Positions 48,496 through 60,243 of a stretch of 64,000 bases of DNA are shown in pieces. How positions within the stretch are numbered: position 1 is the stretch's first letter; each line of letters starts with the position of its first letter. The translations under genes were made by a program, and so were the position numbers. Source of the DNA: an uncultured Bacteroidota bacterium (GTDB lineage Bacteria > Bacteroidota > Ignavibacteria > UBA10030 > UBA6906); assembly GCA_963700635.1 (NCBI GenBank), contig CAVOYH010000006.1:96001-160000 (forward strand), in the 5' to 3' direction. The notes beneath the pieces were generated by a model that ran no database searches, was not told the origin of the DNA, and saw nothing but the letters and a program-made list of their open reading frames with translations.

Positions 48496-48975
48496 TTACA
48501 GTACGGCCTTCACCGCCTTCTCAAAGTCCGCTTCCAGTATTGCCCCCACGTGCTTGGAGACAATGTTTCCCTTCCGGTCAACGATAAAGGTTGTCGGAAT
48601 CGCCTCCACGCCGCCGTACTGGTCTGTGAGCTTCTGATCGCCGATCACGATCGGGTAGCTGATCTTGTTTTTTGCGAGATACGGCGTGACGTCGTTCCAC
48701 CCGCCACGGTCCAGTGCAATCCCTACGATTTCGAGACCCTTGGACTTGTACTTCTCATAGACATTAATCATTCCGGGGATTTCCCGCCGGCATGGCGAAC
48801 ACCAGGTCGCCCAGAAGTTCACGACCACAACTTTGCCCGTGAGTTTCTTTAATTCGATCGTTTTCCCATCTGCGGTCTTCAGGGAAAAATTCGGCGCGGG
48901 GTCGGCGGCAAAGGCCGTTGAGAGGGAAACGCCCAGGACAAGAAGAACTGCTACGACAATCTGAACCGGCTTCAT
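48496..48975 (-). CDS. TlpA/ResA-type periplasmic thiol-disulfide oxidoreductase
   Basis: Signal peptide; APNFSL, NFWATWCSPCRREIP, IPTTFIVD. Confidence 0.93.
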   Translation of the reverse strand: MKPVQIVVAVLLVLGVSLSTAFAADPAPNFSLKTADGKTIELKKLTGKVVVVNFWATWCSPCRREIPGMINVYEKYKSKGLEIVGIALDRGGWNDVTPYLAKNKISYPIVIGDQKLTDQYGGVEAIPTTFIVDRKGNIVSKHVGAILEADFEKAVKAVL

Positions 48976-49049
48976 GAATACCTCGTTTTGTGCACGCGTG
49001 AAACATTAAATACTGTGAGGATTGTACAGATAAAACACCGGAATGGGTC

Positions 49050-49580
49050 CTACCGTTCCTTTTTCCCCCCGGAACCGGTTCCCGATGGGCTCCACGCCTC
49101 AAGAAATGTTCTGATTTTCGCAGGATCATGACCCTTTCCGGACTCCAGCTCGCCTGTGTCCTGAGAATGCAGCAGGGCCCCGTCCTTTGCGAGGACAAAA
49201 AGATGCGGGTATCCCGGAATTTTAGGATACCGTGAAAGGACGGCCTCGTTTTTGTTTTCCTTGCTGTAGTTTACCTTCACAACAACATAATTGCTGTGGA
49301 GATACTCCGCAAGTGCCGGATGCCGCATGAACAAGGTATCCAGCCGGTGGCACCAGATGCACCATTCCCCTCCGACATCCAGCAGAACCCTCCGGTCAGA
49401 GCGTTTTGCTTCGCGGAGAGCATCGGCAATGTCTTTCGCCGCGTCTCTTTGGGGATCAAATGTTGTCACAGGTGAGTATCCCGCGCCAAACGGCGTCGGG
49501 CTTTGAGCAAGGCTGTCGCCGGTGACCACAGAGAGCGCCAGCATCAGCCCCAGTGTTGCCAGAGGTGCAAAGTACTTCAT
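49050..49580 (-). CDS. Secreted thioredoxin-family protein (WCIWC)
   Basis: Signal peptide; DVGGEWCIWC, GYPHLFVL, SQDTGELE. Confidence 0.85.
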   Translation of the reverse strand: MKYFAPLATLGLMLALSVVTGDSLAQSPTPFGAGYSPVTTFDPQRDAAKDIADALREAKRSDRRVLLDVGGEWCIWCHRLDTLFMRHPALAEYLHSNYVVVKVNYSKENKNEAVLSRYPKIPGYPHLFVLAKDGALLHSQDTGELESGKGHDPAKIRTFLEAWSPSGTGSGGKKER

Positions 49581-49776
49581 CGCGCAGCGTTTCCCTTCCG
49601 ATGTTTGTGTCTCGAGTCCCCGCGAAGACGTATCGTCCACTCAAAGGTCCAGATCAGATGGCACTGTGTCCGCCGGCCTGCACCACCTCCATCCATCATG
49701 GGATCGCCGGGCACGGCGGCACGCACGGTTCCAGATTCCAGAGAAATGTACGAACAGCGTATACTGGATGCAATCG

Positions 49777-51018
49777 TTATTCGTACCGGAGGCTTTCGAC
49801 GGGGTCAACGGATGCCGCGCGGCGGGCGGGAAAATAGCCGGCGATCAAACCAATCAGCGCGAGTATACCCGCGGTGACCAGCATGGTGACAGGAGACAGG
49901 ATGGGTTTGCCCAGAAACTGCATTGGTCCGTCCTCACTGGGTAGAAGGTGGACCACACTCACCACACCCCATGAAAACAGCATCCCGATGCTCCCCCCGA
50001 TGAAGGCAATGAGGAGGGCTTCGAAAATAAATTGGGCGAGGATGTGCCGCCGTCGGGCTCCCACGGCCATGCGGATCCCGATTTCCCTTGTACGTTCTTT
50101 TACGACCACATACATCACATTGGCAACGCCGACACCCGCGATCAGCAGCGTCAGGAAACCCACTCCAAACAAGAAGATGGTCACGCCCACGCTCACCCGC
50201 CGGTTGATCTTCTCGTTCTCAATGAAGTCCCAGATGAACAGAGTGCGCTCGTCATCGGGATGAAAATGGTACTTGCGCGAAAGGACCCTGAAGATTTCCT
50301 TTTTGACTTCTTCCTGACGGGAGGGATCGCCGGGGCGAACAACGATCGAATTTACGAATTCTCTGCCGAACATGGTACGCAACGTACTGTTGGGAATAAT
50401 AGCCCTGCGGCTGTCAGGACCATTGTTCATGCTGGTCTGGAGTTTGGCCTGCAGGATGCCGATCACGGTGAACGGCACCCCCTCCAGGAGAACCGTTTTC
50501 CCGATGGGATCCTGCTCGGCGAACAACTCACGGGCAATCACACTTCCCAGCACAAGGACACGGCGTTGTTGCATGACATCCACGGCATTCAGAAAACGTC
50601 CGCCGGCCGCCGGGTACATCCGGCGCATTTCCTCAAAATTGGGATCGACGCCCTCACACTCGGTGTTCATGGAGAGTGTTCCGTAGGTGAGCCGCGTGTT
50701 CGCACGATACTGGGGCGTGACCATCTCGAGAGAGGGGATGGCACGGCGGAGTAACTCTGCATCTTCCTCGAGCAGGCGGATGCGTCGTCCCTTGGGTACA
50801 CCTTCGTACTGCATTCCTGTCTCTCCACCGTACAGCACCATGATCCGGTTGCCCGCATTCAGGAGGCCATTCGTCATCTGTGTCCCCAATCCATCGCCGA
50901 AGGCCAGCAGGAGCACGACGGCAATCGTACCCCATGTGATGGCCAGAATCGTCAGGAACGCGCGGGTACGCTGGGCATGAAGGTCCTTGAGAAAATCTTT
51001 TATGAGTTCGCGCCACAT
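49777..51018 (-). CDS. MacB/FtsX-type ABC transporter permease
   Basis: FLTILAITWG, GGRFLN, GVANVM..V.ERTREIGIRMAVGA, PARRAASVDPVESLRYE. Confidence 0.93.
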   Translation of the reverse strand: MWRELIKDFLKDLHAQRTRAFLTILAITWGTIAVVLLLAFGDGLGTQMTNGLLNAGNRIMVLYGGETGMQYEGVPKGRRIRLLEEDAELLRRAIPSLEMVTPQYRANTRLTYGTLSMNTECEGVDPNFEEMRRMYPAAGGRFLNAVDVMQQRRVLVLGSVIARELFAEQDPIGKTVLLEGVPFTVIGILQAKLQTSMNNGPDSRRAIIPNSTLRTMFGREFVNSIVVRPGDPSRQEEVKKEIFRVLSRKYHFHPDDERTLFIWDFIENEKINRRVSVGVTIFLFGVGFLTLLIAGVGVANVMYVVVKERTREIGIRMAVGARRRHILAQFIFEALLIAFIGGSIGMLFSWGVVSVVHLLPSEDGPMQFLGKPILSPVTMLVTAGILALIGLIAGYFPARRAASVDPVESLRYE

Positions 51019-51053
51019 GGGAACGTAAACCTGCGTAAGAGAATGTGAAACAA

Positions 51054-52289
51054 TCAGGTACGGAGACAGTCTACAACATTCAGATTTGCCGCCCGGCGCG
51101 CCGGGAGCAGTCCGGCGGCCAGCCCGATCAACGCCAGCACTGCCATCGTGATCAACGCCACCCCGACCGAGATAACCGGCGTCCCTATAAATTCCTTGAT
51201 GGGAATGTACTGCAGGGCTTCGGTTATTCCGAACGCAATCAGGAAGCCGAGCGAGGAACCTAAAAAGATGATAAACATGGTCTCAAGAAAGAACTGTACG
51301 AGAATGTCACGTTTGCGCGCACCCACCGCCCGTTTAATCCCGATCTCTCTTGTGCGCTCCTGCACGACAATGTACATGATATTGGCAACTCCGAGTCCGC
51401 CGACCGCCAGGGTGAAGCTCCCGATAATACCCATAAACACGTTAAACGCCAGAAAAAACACAAAGACAAATTTGTCAAATTCTGCAGTGTTCCAGATCCA
51501 GATTGCGTCTGTGTCCGTCGGATCAAATTTGTACTTCCTCCCCAGCACCGTGCGAACCCGGGAAACGGTCTCATCCGACCGCAAGGGTTCCCTGGTGGAA
51601 AAGACGATATTGCTCAGCCGGTGTTCGCCGAACACCGAAGCATACGTGGTCGCGGGAATAAACACACGATCCTGATCCCGACGGTTGTACGATGAGTTCT
51701 GGGTTTTTTTCTGCATGACCCCGATGACGATAAAAGGTACCTGGCCGAGATAGACAAGCCGGCCATGCGGATCGGTATCACCGAACAGGAGCCGCTTCAC
51801 TTCATCACCAAGCAGCACCACCCGTTTGCGTTCGCGCATATCCAGATCGTTGACAAAGCGTCCGCCCCGTTCGGCGACGATGTTGCGGATTTCTCCGTAC
51901 ACGGGGAAGACGCCTGATATTGCGGGCGTGAGGATATTCTCTCCGACGCGTGCCGGCGTATCGTACCGCATATACTCGGGGCTTATCCGGTCAACATCGG
52001 CAACCTGGCCGGCGATCAACTCCGCATCTTCTTCAAGAAGGATGATCGGCCGGCCGATGCCGAACCCTTCGAACGGTTTGGTGGTACGGCCGGGGAACAT
52101 GATGGCGACACTCTCGCCGATGCCGTGCATGTTGATGGTGAGCTGACGTTTGAAGCCCATCCCGAACGCAAGCAGGACGACAATCGCGACGGTTCCCCAC
52201 ACGATGCCGAAGATCGTAAGGACCGTGCGGAGTTTCTGTGCCCGGAGGTCCCGTAAAAACTCGCCCAGCGTGTTGACGAGTCCGTTCAT
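51054..52289 (-). CDS. MacB/FtsX-type ABC transporter permease (paralog)
   Basis: LTIFGIVWG, GVANIM..V.ERTREIGIKRAVGA, PARRAA. Confidence 0.93.
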   Translation of the reverse strand: MNGLVNTLGEFLRDLRAQKLRTVLTIFGIVWGTVAIVVLLAFGMGFKRQLTINMHGIGESVAIMFPGRTTKPFEGFGIGRPIILLEEDAELIAGQVADVDRISPEYMRYDTPARVGENILTPAISGVFPVYGEIRNIVAERGGRFVNDLDMRERKRVVLLGDEVKRLLFGDTDPHGRLVYLGQVPFIVIGVMQKKTQNSSYNRRDQDRVFIPATTYASVFGEHRLSNIVFSTREPLRSDETVSRVRTVLGRKYKFDPTDTDAIWIWNTAEFDKFVFVFFLAFNVFMGIIGSFTLAVGGLGVANIMYIVVQERTREIGIKRAVGARKRDILVQFFLETMFIIFLGSSLGFLIAFGITEALQYIPIKEFIGTPVISVGVALITMAVLALIGLAAGLLPARRAANLNVVDCLRT

Positions 52290-53380
52290 TCGATCTTTTT
52301 TACTGGTTTTTCCAGCACTTCATCTCCCTCCGACAATCCCTCAAGAACCTCAATCTTGATGGCATCGCTTAACCCCGTTTTGATGAGCCGTTCTTCCTCT
52401 TTCCCCGGACCGGCCGAAATCTTTACGAACGCCGAATCGTTGCGAAACGTCACCACCCGCTCGGGGATCGTCAGGACGCTGTCCTTGCGCTGAATAAAAA
52501 TGTTTGCATTCGCGGAGTATCCCGCCCGCAGGGTTGAATTCCTCGCTCGCGGGATAGAGATTTCAATGGGAAACACCGTGGCGTTGTCACGTTTTTCGGC
52601 CTTGAGTGATATCTTCGTAAGCGCTCCGGTGATTTTCTCCTGGGGCAAGGCTCCCACCTTGAGTTCCGTCTCCATCCCTTCACGAAGGCGTCCGACATCA
52701 ATTTCGTCGACGGTCCCCTTGAAGAGCAACCGATTCATATTCGCCATCTTCATCAGGACGGTCCCCTCCTGGTAGGATGTCAGCGGTGTCACGGGGTCAC
52801 CGACCTCTACGGTCTTGCTCAAGACATAGCCGTCGATCGGCGCCTTGATGATAGATTCAATTTCGGTATTCCCGATGGTCACCCTGCCGCTCTCCAGTAG
52901 GGCAAGACGTTCGCGGGTGATCGTGAGCTGGAGCCGTGCTTCCTGGAACCGCCGTTCAAAGTCCTCGTATTCCTTGACCGAGACGAGGCTCTTTTTCAGC
53001 ATGGATTCCTGCCGCACCATCTCTTTCGTAAGGTTTTCCATGTCCACCTCACGGAGCTGAACCTGTCTTTTTGCGTCGGCCAGTTCAAGGGGGGTTGGAT
53101 CCGGTTTTACTTCGAGGAGGGGTTGTCCGGCTTTTACAAATGAACCCGCGTCAGCGAAGATACGCCGGACGACACCTGACACTTTTGATTTTACCGATAC
53201 TTCGTTCTCCGGTTCGATTGTCCCCACCGCAAGCGCCTTGTCAACAATGTCCTCACGCGTCACCTTTACGCGGCCGGGTCCATTCTCATCGGATGAATCG
53301 GAGCCGAAGAACAGCAGATAGGCGGTGACAAGAACGACGACCCCTCCTATGGAGAGCCATACGACCTGTTTTCGTTTCAT
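52286..53380 (-). CDS. Efflux periplasmic adaptor subunit (MacA-like)
   Basis: N-terminal TM; VKSKVSG, IKAPIDG, VDEIDVG, GLSEGD. Confidence 0.9.
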   Translation of the reverse strand: MKRKQVVWLSIGGVVVLVTAYLLFFGSDSSDENGPGRVKVTREDIVDKALAVGTIEPENEVSVKSKVSGVVRRIFADAGSFVKAGQPLLEVKPDPTPLELADAKRQVQLREVDMENLTKEMVRQESMLKKSLVSVKEYEDFERRFQEARLQLTITRERLALLESGRVTIGNTEIESIIKAPIDGYVLSKTVEVGDPVTPLTSYQEGTVLMKMANMNRLLFKGTVDEIDVGRLREGMETELKVGALPQEKITGALTKISLKAEKRDNATVFPIEISIPRARNSTLRAGYSANANIFIQRKDSVLTIPERVVTFRNDSAFVKISAGPGKEEERLIKTGLSDAIKIEVLEGLSEGDEVLEKPVKKIE

Positions 53381-53495
53381 GCAAAAAAGCCTTTCGGGGG
53401 AGAGTCTACAAGTGGAGGTGTAAGACTACTAACATGTACGATGGGAGGGAGATTTGGTTACAGCATCATTGAACTCTTTGAGGATTTTCGATATC

Positions 53496-56400
53496 ATGTC
53501 AAAGACCTCCTACCACTTCCCCGGATCCATGGATGCCCTGAACGTGTTGGCCGATTTTCACCCGCTGGTCCGCCGCTGGTTCGAGCGGACCTACGGGACA
53601 CCGAGTCCACCCCAGCAGCTCGGTTGGCCCATGTATTGCCGCAGGTCAAAACACGCTTATTCTCGCCCCGACCGGATCGGGTAAGACCCTTGCGGCGTTT
53701 CTCTGGGCGATAAACCATCTCATCGAGCAGCAGCTGCGAGAACAGCTCTCCCCCGGCGTCAGGGTGCTCTATGTGTCGCCATTGAAGGCGCTCAATAATG
53801 ACATCGCGCGTAATCTCGAGGGTCCCCTTTCCGGGATTCATCAGGAGGCCTCTGCCGCGGGTCTGACGCTTCCCGCGCTGCGTACAGCGGTGCGCACAGG
53901 TGATACGTCCGCCAGCAAACGAAGAACCATGGTAAGCTATCCTCCGGATATTCTCATCACGACGCCCGAATCGTTGTATCTGATGCTGACCTCCCCGAAG
54001 GCCAGAAAGATGTTTACAACCGTACAGTATGTGCTGGTGGATGAGATCCACGCCGTATGCGGGAACAAACGGGGGGTTCACCTGTCGCTTTCCCTTGAGC
54101 GGTTGCAGGAAGTGGCGGATCAGGAGTTTGTGCGTGTGGGTCTTTCGGCGACACAACGGCCTCTGGAGCGGATCGCGGAGTTTCTCGGGGGATATACAAC
54201 GGAAAAGACGGATCACGGATCTCGCCCCGTACCACGCCCCGTGTCTATCGTGGATGCGGGCCAGCGGAAAACCATGGACCTGAAGGTCATGTGCGCTGCG
54301 GATGATTTCTCCCTGATGCCCCAGGATAGCATCTGGCCCCTGGTCTTTGATGAGATCCTCCAGGAAATCCAAAAACACAGGACGACGCTGATTTTTGTCA
54401 ATAACCGCCGGCTGGCTGAACGGGTGGCGGCAACATTGAATGAACGGATCACCGGCGCCACCGAATCAACCTTTCACCTTTACAACGTCCCGAAAAAAAC
54501 ACCATGGACCGTCGCTCCCCGGACCGGCCCCGCGTCGGATGTGGAGCGTCCTGAAGACGCACCCCGGGTCTCCCTCACAGAAGATCTCCCTGCGGGAAAT
54601 ATCGATCCGGAACCCGGCAGTAAAGAGCAGCTCGTCCAGGCCTACCACGGCAGTATGTCCCGCGAAACCCGCGAAGAGATGGAAGCAGACCTGAAGGCGG
54701 GACGGCTCCGGGCTCTGGTGGCAACCTCGGCACTTGAGCTGGGCATTGATATTGGTTCCGTTGACCTGGTCATCCAACTGCAGTCTCCGAAGGGCATCGC
54801 ACGCGGCCTGCAACGGGTAGGGCGTTCCGGACATCTTGTCAGCGCCACCAGCAAGGGACGCGTGTTCGTGAGCCATCGCGAGGACCTGGTGGAATCCGTT
54901 GTGGTTGCCCGCGCCATGCAGGTCCATGCCGTCGAGGAAACTTCGATCCCCGAGAATTGCCTGGATGTCCTCGCCCAGCAGATCGCCGCCATGGTGGGCA
55001 TCGAACCGTGGCCGGTGGACCGACTGTTTTCCATAGTGAGGCGTTCGATGTGTTACCGGGCTCTTCCCCGTGATCTTTTTGACCGCGTGCTGGAAATGCT
55101 GGCGGGACGGTACGCACATGAGGCCTTTCGCGATCTCCATCCGCGGATATCCTGGGACCGTGTGAACGGCGTTGTGGCAGCACTTCCGGGCACCACTCAT
55201 ATCGCCATCACGGGCGGAGGAACGATTGCCGATAGAGGGTACTACGGCGTCTACCTGGAAGATAAGAAGACCAAAGTGGGCGAAGTGGACGAAGAATTCG
55301 TCTACGAAAGCCGGAGCGGGGATACCTTCTTGCTGGGGTCCAGCGTGTGGCGGATGATGGATATTGATGCCAACCGGATTATCGTCACCCCTGCCCCGGG
55401 ACAGCCTGCACGTATGCCCTTCTGGAGAGGAGAAGGAATCGGGCGCAGCTTTGAACTCGGCCTTGCCGTTGGACAATTCCGACGCGATTTGGAGGGACGA
55501 TTGGAAACGCCCGGTTGCCAGGAATGGCTGCAGCAGGAATATCCCGTGGATTCACGGGGGGCGTGGAATCTTCTGGATTATGGAAGACGGCAGAAGGAAG
55601 CTACGGGACGGCTCCCCACCGACAGCACCATCATTCTCGAATCTTTCCGGGACGAACTCGGGGATCCGCGCATCATCGTCCACTCCTGTTTCGGCCGGAG
55701 GGTGAACGGATTGCTGGGGCTGTGGCTGGCACAAAGCTTTACGGCCAGGACCGGGATGGAACCGCAGATGTTGTACAATGACGACGGAATCATGTTGCGC
55801 TGCCCCGATACGGACACGCTCCCTCTGGATCTCCTCTCCTCGATTGACGTGGCTGCAGCCCAGGCAGTGGTGCTCGATGACATACTCTTCTCACCGATTT
55901 TTGGCGGGCAGTTCCGTCAGAATGCCGGGCGTGCGCTTCTCATGCCGCGCACCAAACCCGGCAAACGTACTCCCCTCTGGCTTCAGCGGCTCCGGTCGTC
56001 GGACCTGCTTAATGCCGTCCGGCATTTTGAGGATTTTCCCATCGTCATCGAGACCATGCGCGAGGTTCTCAATGACGTTCTGGATTTCCCGAGATTCCGT
56101 ACCGTCCTTGCACGGATAGCGGACGGGTCCATTCACGTGGAGCAAATCCAGACCGAGATACCATCCCCGTTTGCAGCAAGTCTGCTTTTTGATTTTATCG
56201 CAGTGTACATGTACGAGTGGGACCAGCCACGGGAGGATAAACAGAGCCAGTATCTTGCGGTTAACCGCGATCTGTTGTCGGAAGTGGTGGATCTGGATAT
56301 CGTGTCGTCACTGCTGCGCCCCGAGGCAATCGCCGCGGTCGAGGCAGACCTTCAACATACCCGTCCGGGTTACCGCGCCCGCACGCCGGAAGAGCTTATG

Positions 56401-58131
56401 GAGCTCCTGGTCCGCGTCGGAGATCTCTCCGAAGAGGAAGTCCGGCTCAGGGTCGAGGGAGAAAGTTCCGGGATGCTGGCAGAGCTCAGCGGGGATGGCC
56501 GCGCGGTGATGCTGCAACACTCCGGCCGGCCTGTCTGGATTGCGGGAGAGGACCGGCAACTCTACGCACGTCTCGGATCCGACGCGGAGACAACGAAGAT
56601 TCTCAGGCGGTATGTTGAACATCACGGTCCCGTCACGACTGCGGAACTTGCAGAGCGTTATGCACTGACCGAACCTCACGTTCTTGAGCTGACTTCACCC
56701 TGGTCGTCGGATCGACAGATGGCGCGCGGCCGGTTCCGGCCTCCGTCCATGCCGGGTGCGGAGCAGTCCCAGTGGTGCTTCAAGCCGAATATCGAACGGA
56801 TGCACCGCCAGACAATCTCGTTGCTCAGAAAGGAGATCCAGCCGTGTTCGCTGGCGGAGTTTGTACGATTCGCCCTCTCGTGGCACCGGAAACCCGCGAG
56901 CGATTCCCCCCTGCCGCAACACGTTGGGACGTCGTGTTTGGACCAGCTCGCCGGAATGGCCCTCCCTGTGGAGGTGTGGGAGCACTATATTCTTGCACCC
57001 CGGCTAACCGGAAATGCCTCACCTGATTTCGCAACGCTGGGCGCGGTCCCAGGATATGTCTGGTGCGGAGCCGGTCCCGGACGAATTCGGGTCTTCCGGA
57101 GGGGCGAGGGCGCGCTCTTTCTTGACCCGCCGGAGGAGACTCTACTTCAGAAGCTCGGAGAAGGTGGTCGGCGGGTGTTTGAGTATCTTCAACAGCATGG
57201 AGCGTCTTTCCTGAACGATATACGTTCAGGTGGCTTTATCTCCCTTCCAGCATTACACGCTGCACTTGCCGAACTGTTCTGGAACGGCCTCATTACAAAC
57301 GACAACCCTGAAGAGCTTTTACAGCTCAAACGTTCAGCGCATGTCGACCCGGATCTGCCTGTGGAGCCTGTACAGGTAATTGGTCCGCATTCACGCCGAC
57401 GTCTTGCCCCTGTCGTGCAGAGTGCACGCCGTGCCTTGCGCGATATCCCGGGTTGGAAGGGGCGGTGGTCCATCCTTCATCACCCGGCTGTTTTGGGTGA
57501 ACCCCTCACGCTGGAAGACCGCGTTTCCCGCCAGGTGGATATCGCGTTGTCCCGTTACGGCATACTGGCGCGGGAATTTCTCAGGCGGGAGGAGCTCCTG
57601 CCATGGTCAGTCCTTTCTCCGGAGCTTCAACGGCGAGAAATGCTCGGCGTGGTGAGGCGGGGATACTTTGTGGAGGGGCTTTCGGGAATGCAGTATGCTC
57701 TGCCGTCAGCAGTGGAAGCGTTGCGGCGGGTTCATGCGTTTCCCGAGTCCGCCGACCTGGTTCTCCTGAATGCGTGTGATCCTGTCAATCCGTTTGGGCC
57801 CGGTGTACATCTGCCCTTCGCCGGCGGACGTAATGTGCGCACCCCAACGAGTACCATCGTCTTCGGAAACGGTGCGCCGATCCTTCTGAGTGAGCTCAAC
57901 GGCACACGGCTCTTCACCGCCCCCGATGCCAGTGAGCGGACGATCGAGGACGCCCTGCGCCTGCTTGTGGATCTCACCCGCCGGCCCGGAACCCGCCGGC
58001 CCTTCCGTCAGATTCACGTGGAGCAGTGTAACTCCACAAAACCCGCACTTGATGACGCCGGGATCATCCTGGAACGCCTCGGTTTTGTGCGTGATGCCGG
58101 ACAGACGATGCGGTACGAAGGATTTGCGTAA
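53496..58131 (+). CDS. lhr: Large Lhr-family SF2 helicase with C-terminal winged-helix/AlkZ-like domain; frameshifted near 53628
   Basis: FHPLVRRWF..PQQLGWP, then +1 frame APTGSGKT, SPLKAL, TTPESL, DEIH, SAT, LELGIDIG, QRVGRSGH; C-terminal LSRYGIL, RRGYFVEGL, ACDPVN. Confidence 0.9.
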
Positions 58132-58143
58132 TGCGAATGATCC

Positions 58144-58899
58144 TCATCCACCCCTGCGTGTAACCCACCACGTCTTCAGTTTTCCGAATTCCGGCGCCGA
58201 GCTGAACGCAAAGTCCTCCGACTGGAGAACCGTAAATCCTTCACCGGACAACGCACGGGTAAGCTCCTCACGTGAAAAACATCGTTCGTCCACGTTCTCA
58301 AATGCCGGCGGCCGGTCTTCAGACCCGTGATACGCCACATGGACACTGGAGCGAGCTCGCCGGCGGGATGGAATGTAATGATTGTTCAGTGTGAGGGTAA
58401 AGTCAGGATGCTTTGCCGTTGTTGTTCCCTTCCAGAGTGTCCTGTAACACGCCTCATTGTTCACGTCGAAGATGAGCAGACCGCCGGGAAGCAGAACGCG
58501 GAAGGCGGATGCCAGAAAGGCGCGAAGATCACGGATCGTGAGGAGATGATTCACCGCATCAAACAATGCTGTCACCAGACCGGTGCGGACGGGCAGGACA
58601 AAATTGCGCATGTCCAGACATTCAAACAACGCCGTGGAAATCCCGCTGGCCGGTTTGCGCCGGCAAACGTCGATCATGCCCTGTGACGCATCGATCCCCC
58701 GGGCCTCCCAGCCACGCCGGCTCATTTCAAGAACCAGCGTTCCCGTGCCGCACGCCACGTCAAGAAGCGACCTTTCGGGAGCGGGATATCTCTTGAGCGT
58801 AGCAAGAAGGCGGGGAAGAATAAGTGTGGTAAAATCGGACCCGTAGGTTGCCTGCCAGCGGTCATAAATTTCCGGGAGGATGCGGTATCCTGCAGGCAT
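58144..58899 (-). CDS. Class I SAM-dependent methyltransferase
   Basis: LLDVACGTG, GIDAS, DMR, FDAVNH, LLPGGLLIFD. Confidence 0.9.
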   Translation of the reverse strand: MPAGYRILPEIYDRWQATYGSDFTTLILPRLLATLKRYPAPERSLLDVACGTGTLVLEMSRRGWEARGIDASQGMIDVCRRKPASGISTALFECLDMRNFVLPVRTGLVTALFDAVNHLLTIRDLRAFLASAFRVLLPGGLLIFDVNNEACYRTLWKGTTTAKHPDFTLTLNNHYIPSRRRARSSVHVAYHGSEDRPPAFENVDERCFSREELTRALSGEGFTVLQSEDFAFSSAPEFGKLKTWWVTRRGG

Positions 58900-58912
58900 A
58901 GCAGATGGTCTT

Positions 58913-60058
58913 TTAGGTTCCGACAGGCGCTGGAGAAAAAGACTCCATCAGTGTCACAAAGTCGCGGAAAAGATAATCGCTGTCGTGCGGCCCCGGGGAG
59001 GCTTCGGGATGATATTGAACCGAAAAAGCGGGAAGGGACCGGTGACGCATCCCTTCGTTGGTTGCATCGTTAAGATTCACATGCGTCACCGCAATGGCGT
59101 TCTGATCCAGCGAATCGGGATCCACCGCGAAGCCATGATTCTGTGACGTAATTTCAACCGCGTTGGTCGCAAGGTTCTTTACGGGATGGTTCCCCCCGCG
59201 GTGCCCGAATTTCAATTTGTAGGTTTTTCCCCCCAGCGCCAGAGCGAGAAGCTGGTGACCGAGACAGATCCCGAATATCGGTACGCGGCCAAGGAGCGCA
59301 CGGATATTCTCAATGGCTACCTGGACGGGGGCGGGGTCCCCCGGCCCATTGGAAAGAAAGACCCCGTCGGGTTGCATGGCGAGTACGTCGGCAGCGGGAT
59401 ACCCGGCCGGCACAACCGTCACACTACATCCGAACGCAACAAGCCGGCGGAGAATATTTCTCTTGATTCCGTAATCGTATGCCACAACGCGAAAACGACG
59501 CTGCCCGCTCGTGAGGCCGGGTGTTATGAGGGCAAACGGGGTTTCATCCTTCAAGTCCCACGTGTAAGAGGAAGAGCAGCTGACGCGCGTCGCCAGATCG
59601 AGTCCGTTCATGGACGGCACCTTCTGCACCTTCGCCAGGAGACGTTTGTCATCCAGATCGGTGGTGGAGAGAACCCCCCGCATGGCTCCCTGCGTCCGGA
59701 TCATCCGGGTCAGCATCCGGGTGTCAATTCCCTGCACCGCCGTGATCCCGTGCCGCTCCAACCATTGCCCGAGTGCTTCGCTCGCCCGGAAGTTGCTGTG
59801 ATGCGCAGTGTACTCCCGAACGATAACACCCGCGACCTGAGGTACCGGAGACTCAAGATCCTCTTCCGTAGTACCATAGTTTCCGATCAGCGGATAGGTC
59901 AGGGTTACGATCTGCCCGCTGTATGACGGATCTGTGTAGATCTCCTGATAGCCGGACATACTTGTGTTGAACACTACTTCGCCCGACACTTCCCCGGGAG
60001 CACCAAATGACTCTCCCTGAAAAATCGAGCCGTTTTCCAATACCAGTTTTGCGTTCAA
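58913..60058 (-). CDS. carA: Carbamoyl-phosphate synthase small subunit
   Basis: [45 protein letters not shown]. Confidence 0.97.
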   Translation of the reverse strand: MNAKLVLENGSIFQGESFGAPGEVSGEVVFNTSMSGYQEIYTDPSYSGQIVTLTYPLIGNYGTTEEDLESPVPQVAGVIVREYTAHHSNFRASEALGQWLERHGITAVQGIDTRMLTRMIRTQGAMRGVLSTTDLDDKRLLAKVQKVPSMNGLDLATRVSCSSSYTWDLKDETPFALITPGLTSGQRRFRVVAYDYGIKRNILRRLVAFGCSVTVVPAGYPAADVLAMQPDGVFLSNGPGDPAPVQVAIENIRALLGRVPIFGICLGHQLLALALGGKTYKLKFGHRGGNHPVKNLATNAVEITSQNHGFAVDPDSLDQNAIAVTHVNLNDATNEGMRHRSLPAFSVQYHPEASPGPHDSDYLFRDFVTLMESFSPAPVGT

Positions 60059-60072
60059 TTCCTACCTTGAAG

Positions 60073-60238
60073 TAATCCACATTGGTTAATCACATCAGGA
60101 CTCCGCCCCGATCCTGACTTCGTGACATGCCAAACCGACACTCTGCCAATTCATTGTATTAGAACAGATTAGCGGGTCCTACAAGATCCAAATCTTTGAG
60201 TGGTATGTGGATAAGTATGTGGACAATAATGTTGATAA
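60073..60238. promoter_or_regulatory. DnaA-box cluster (candidate oriC or DnaA-regulated site)
   Basis: TGTGGATAA (60206), TGTGGACAA (60218), TGTTGATAA (60230) at a 12-nt period; opposite-orientation TAATCCACA (60073) and TTAATCACA (60086). Confidence 0.6.
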
Positions 60239-60243
60239 CTCTA

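Noticed and set aside
60120-60150. TTGGCA motifs upstream of carA as a sigma54 promoter
   Set aside because: No TTGC -12 element at the required spacing.
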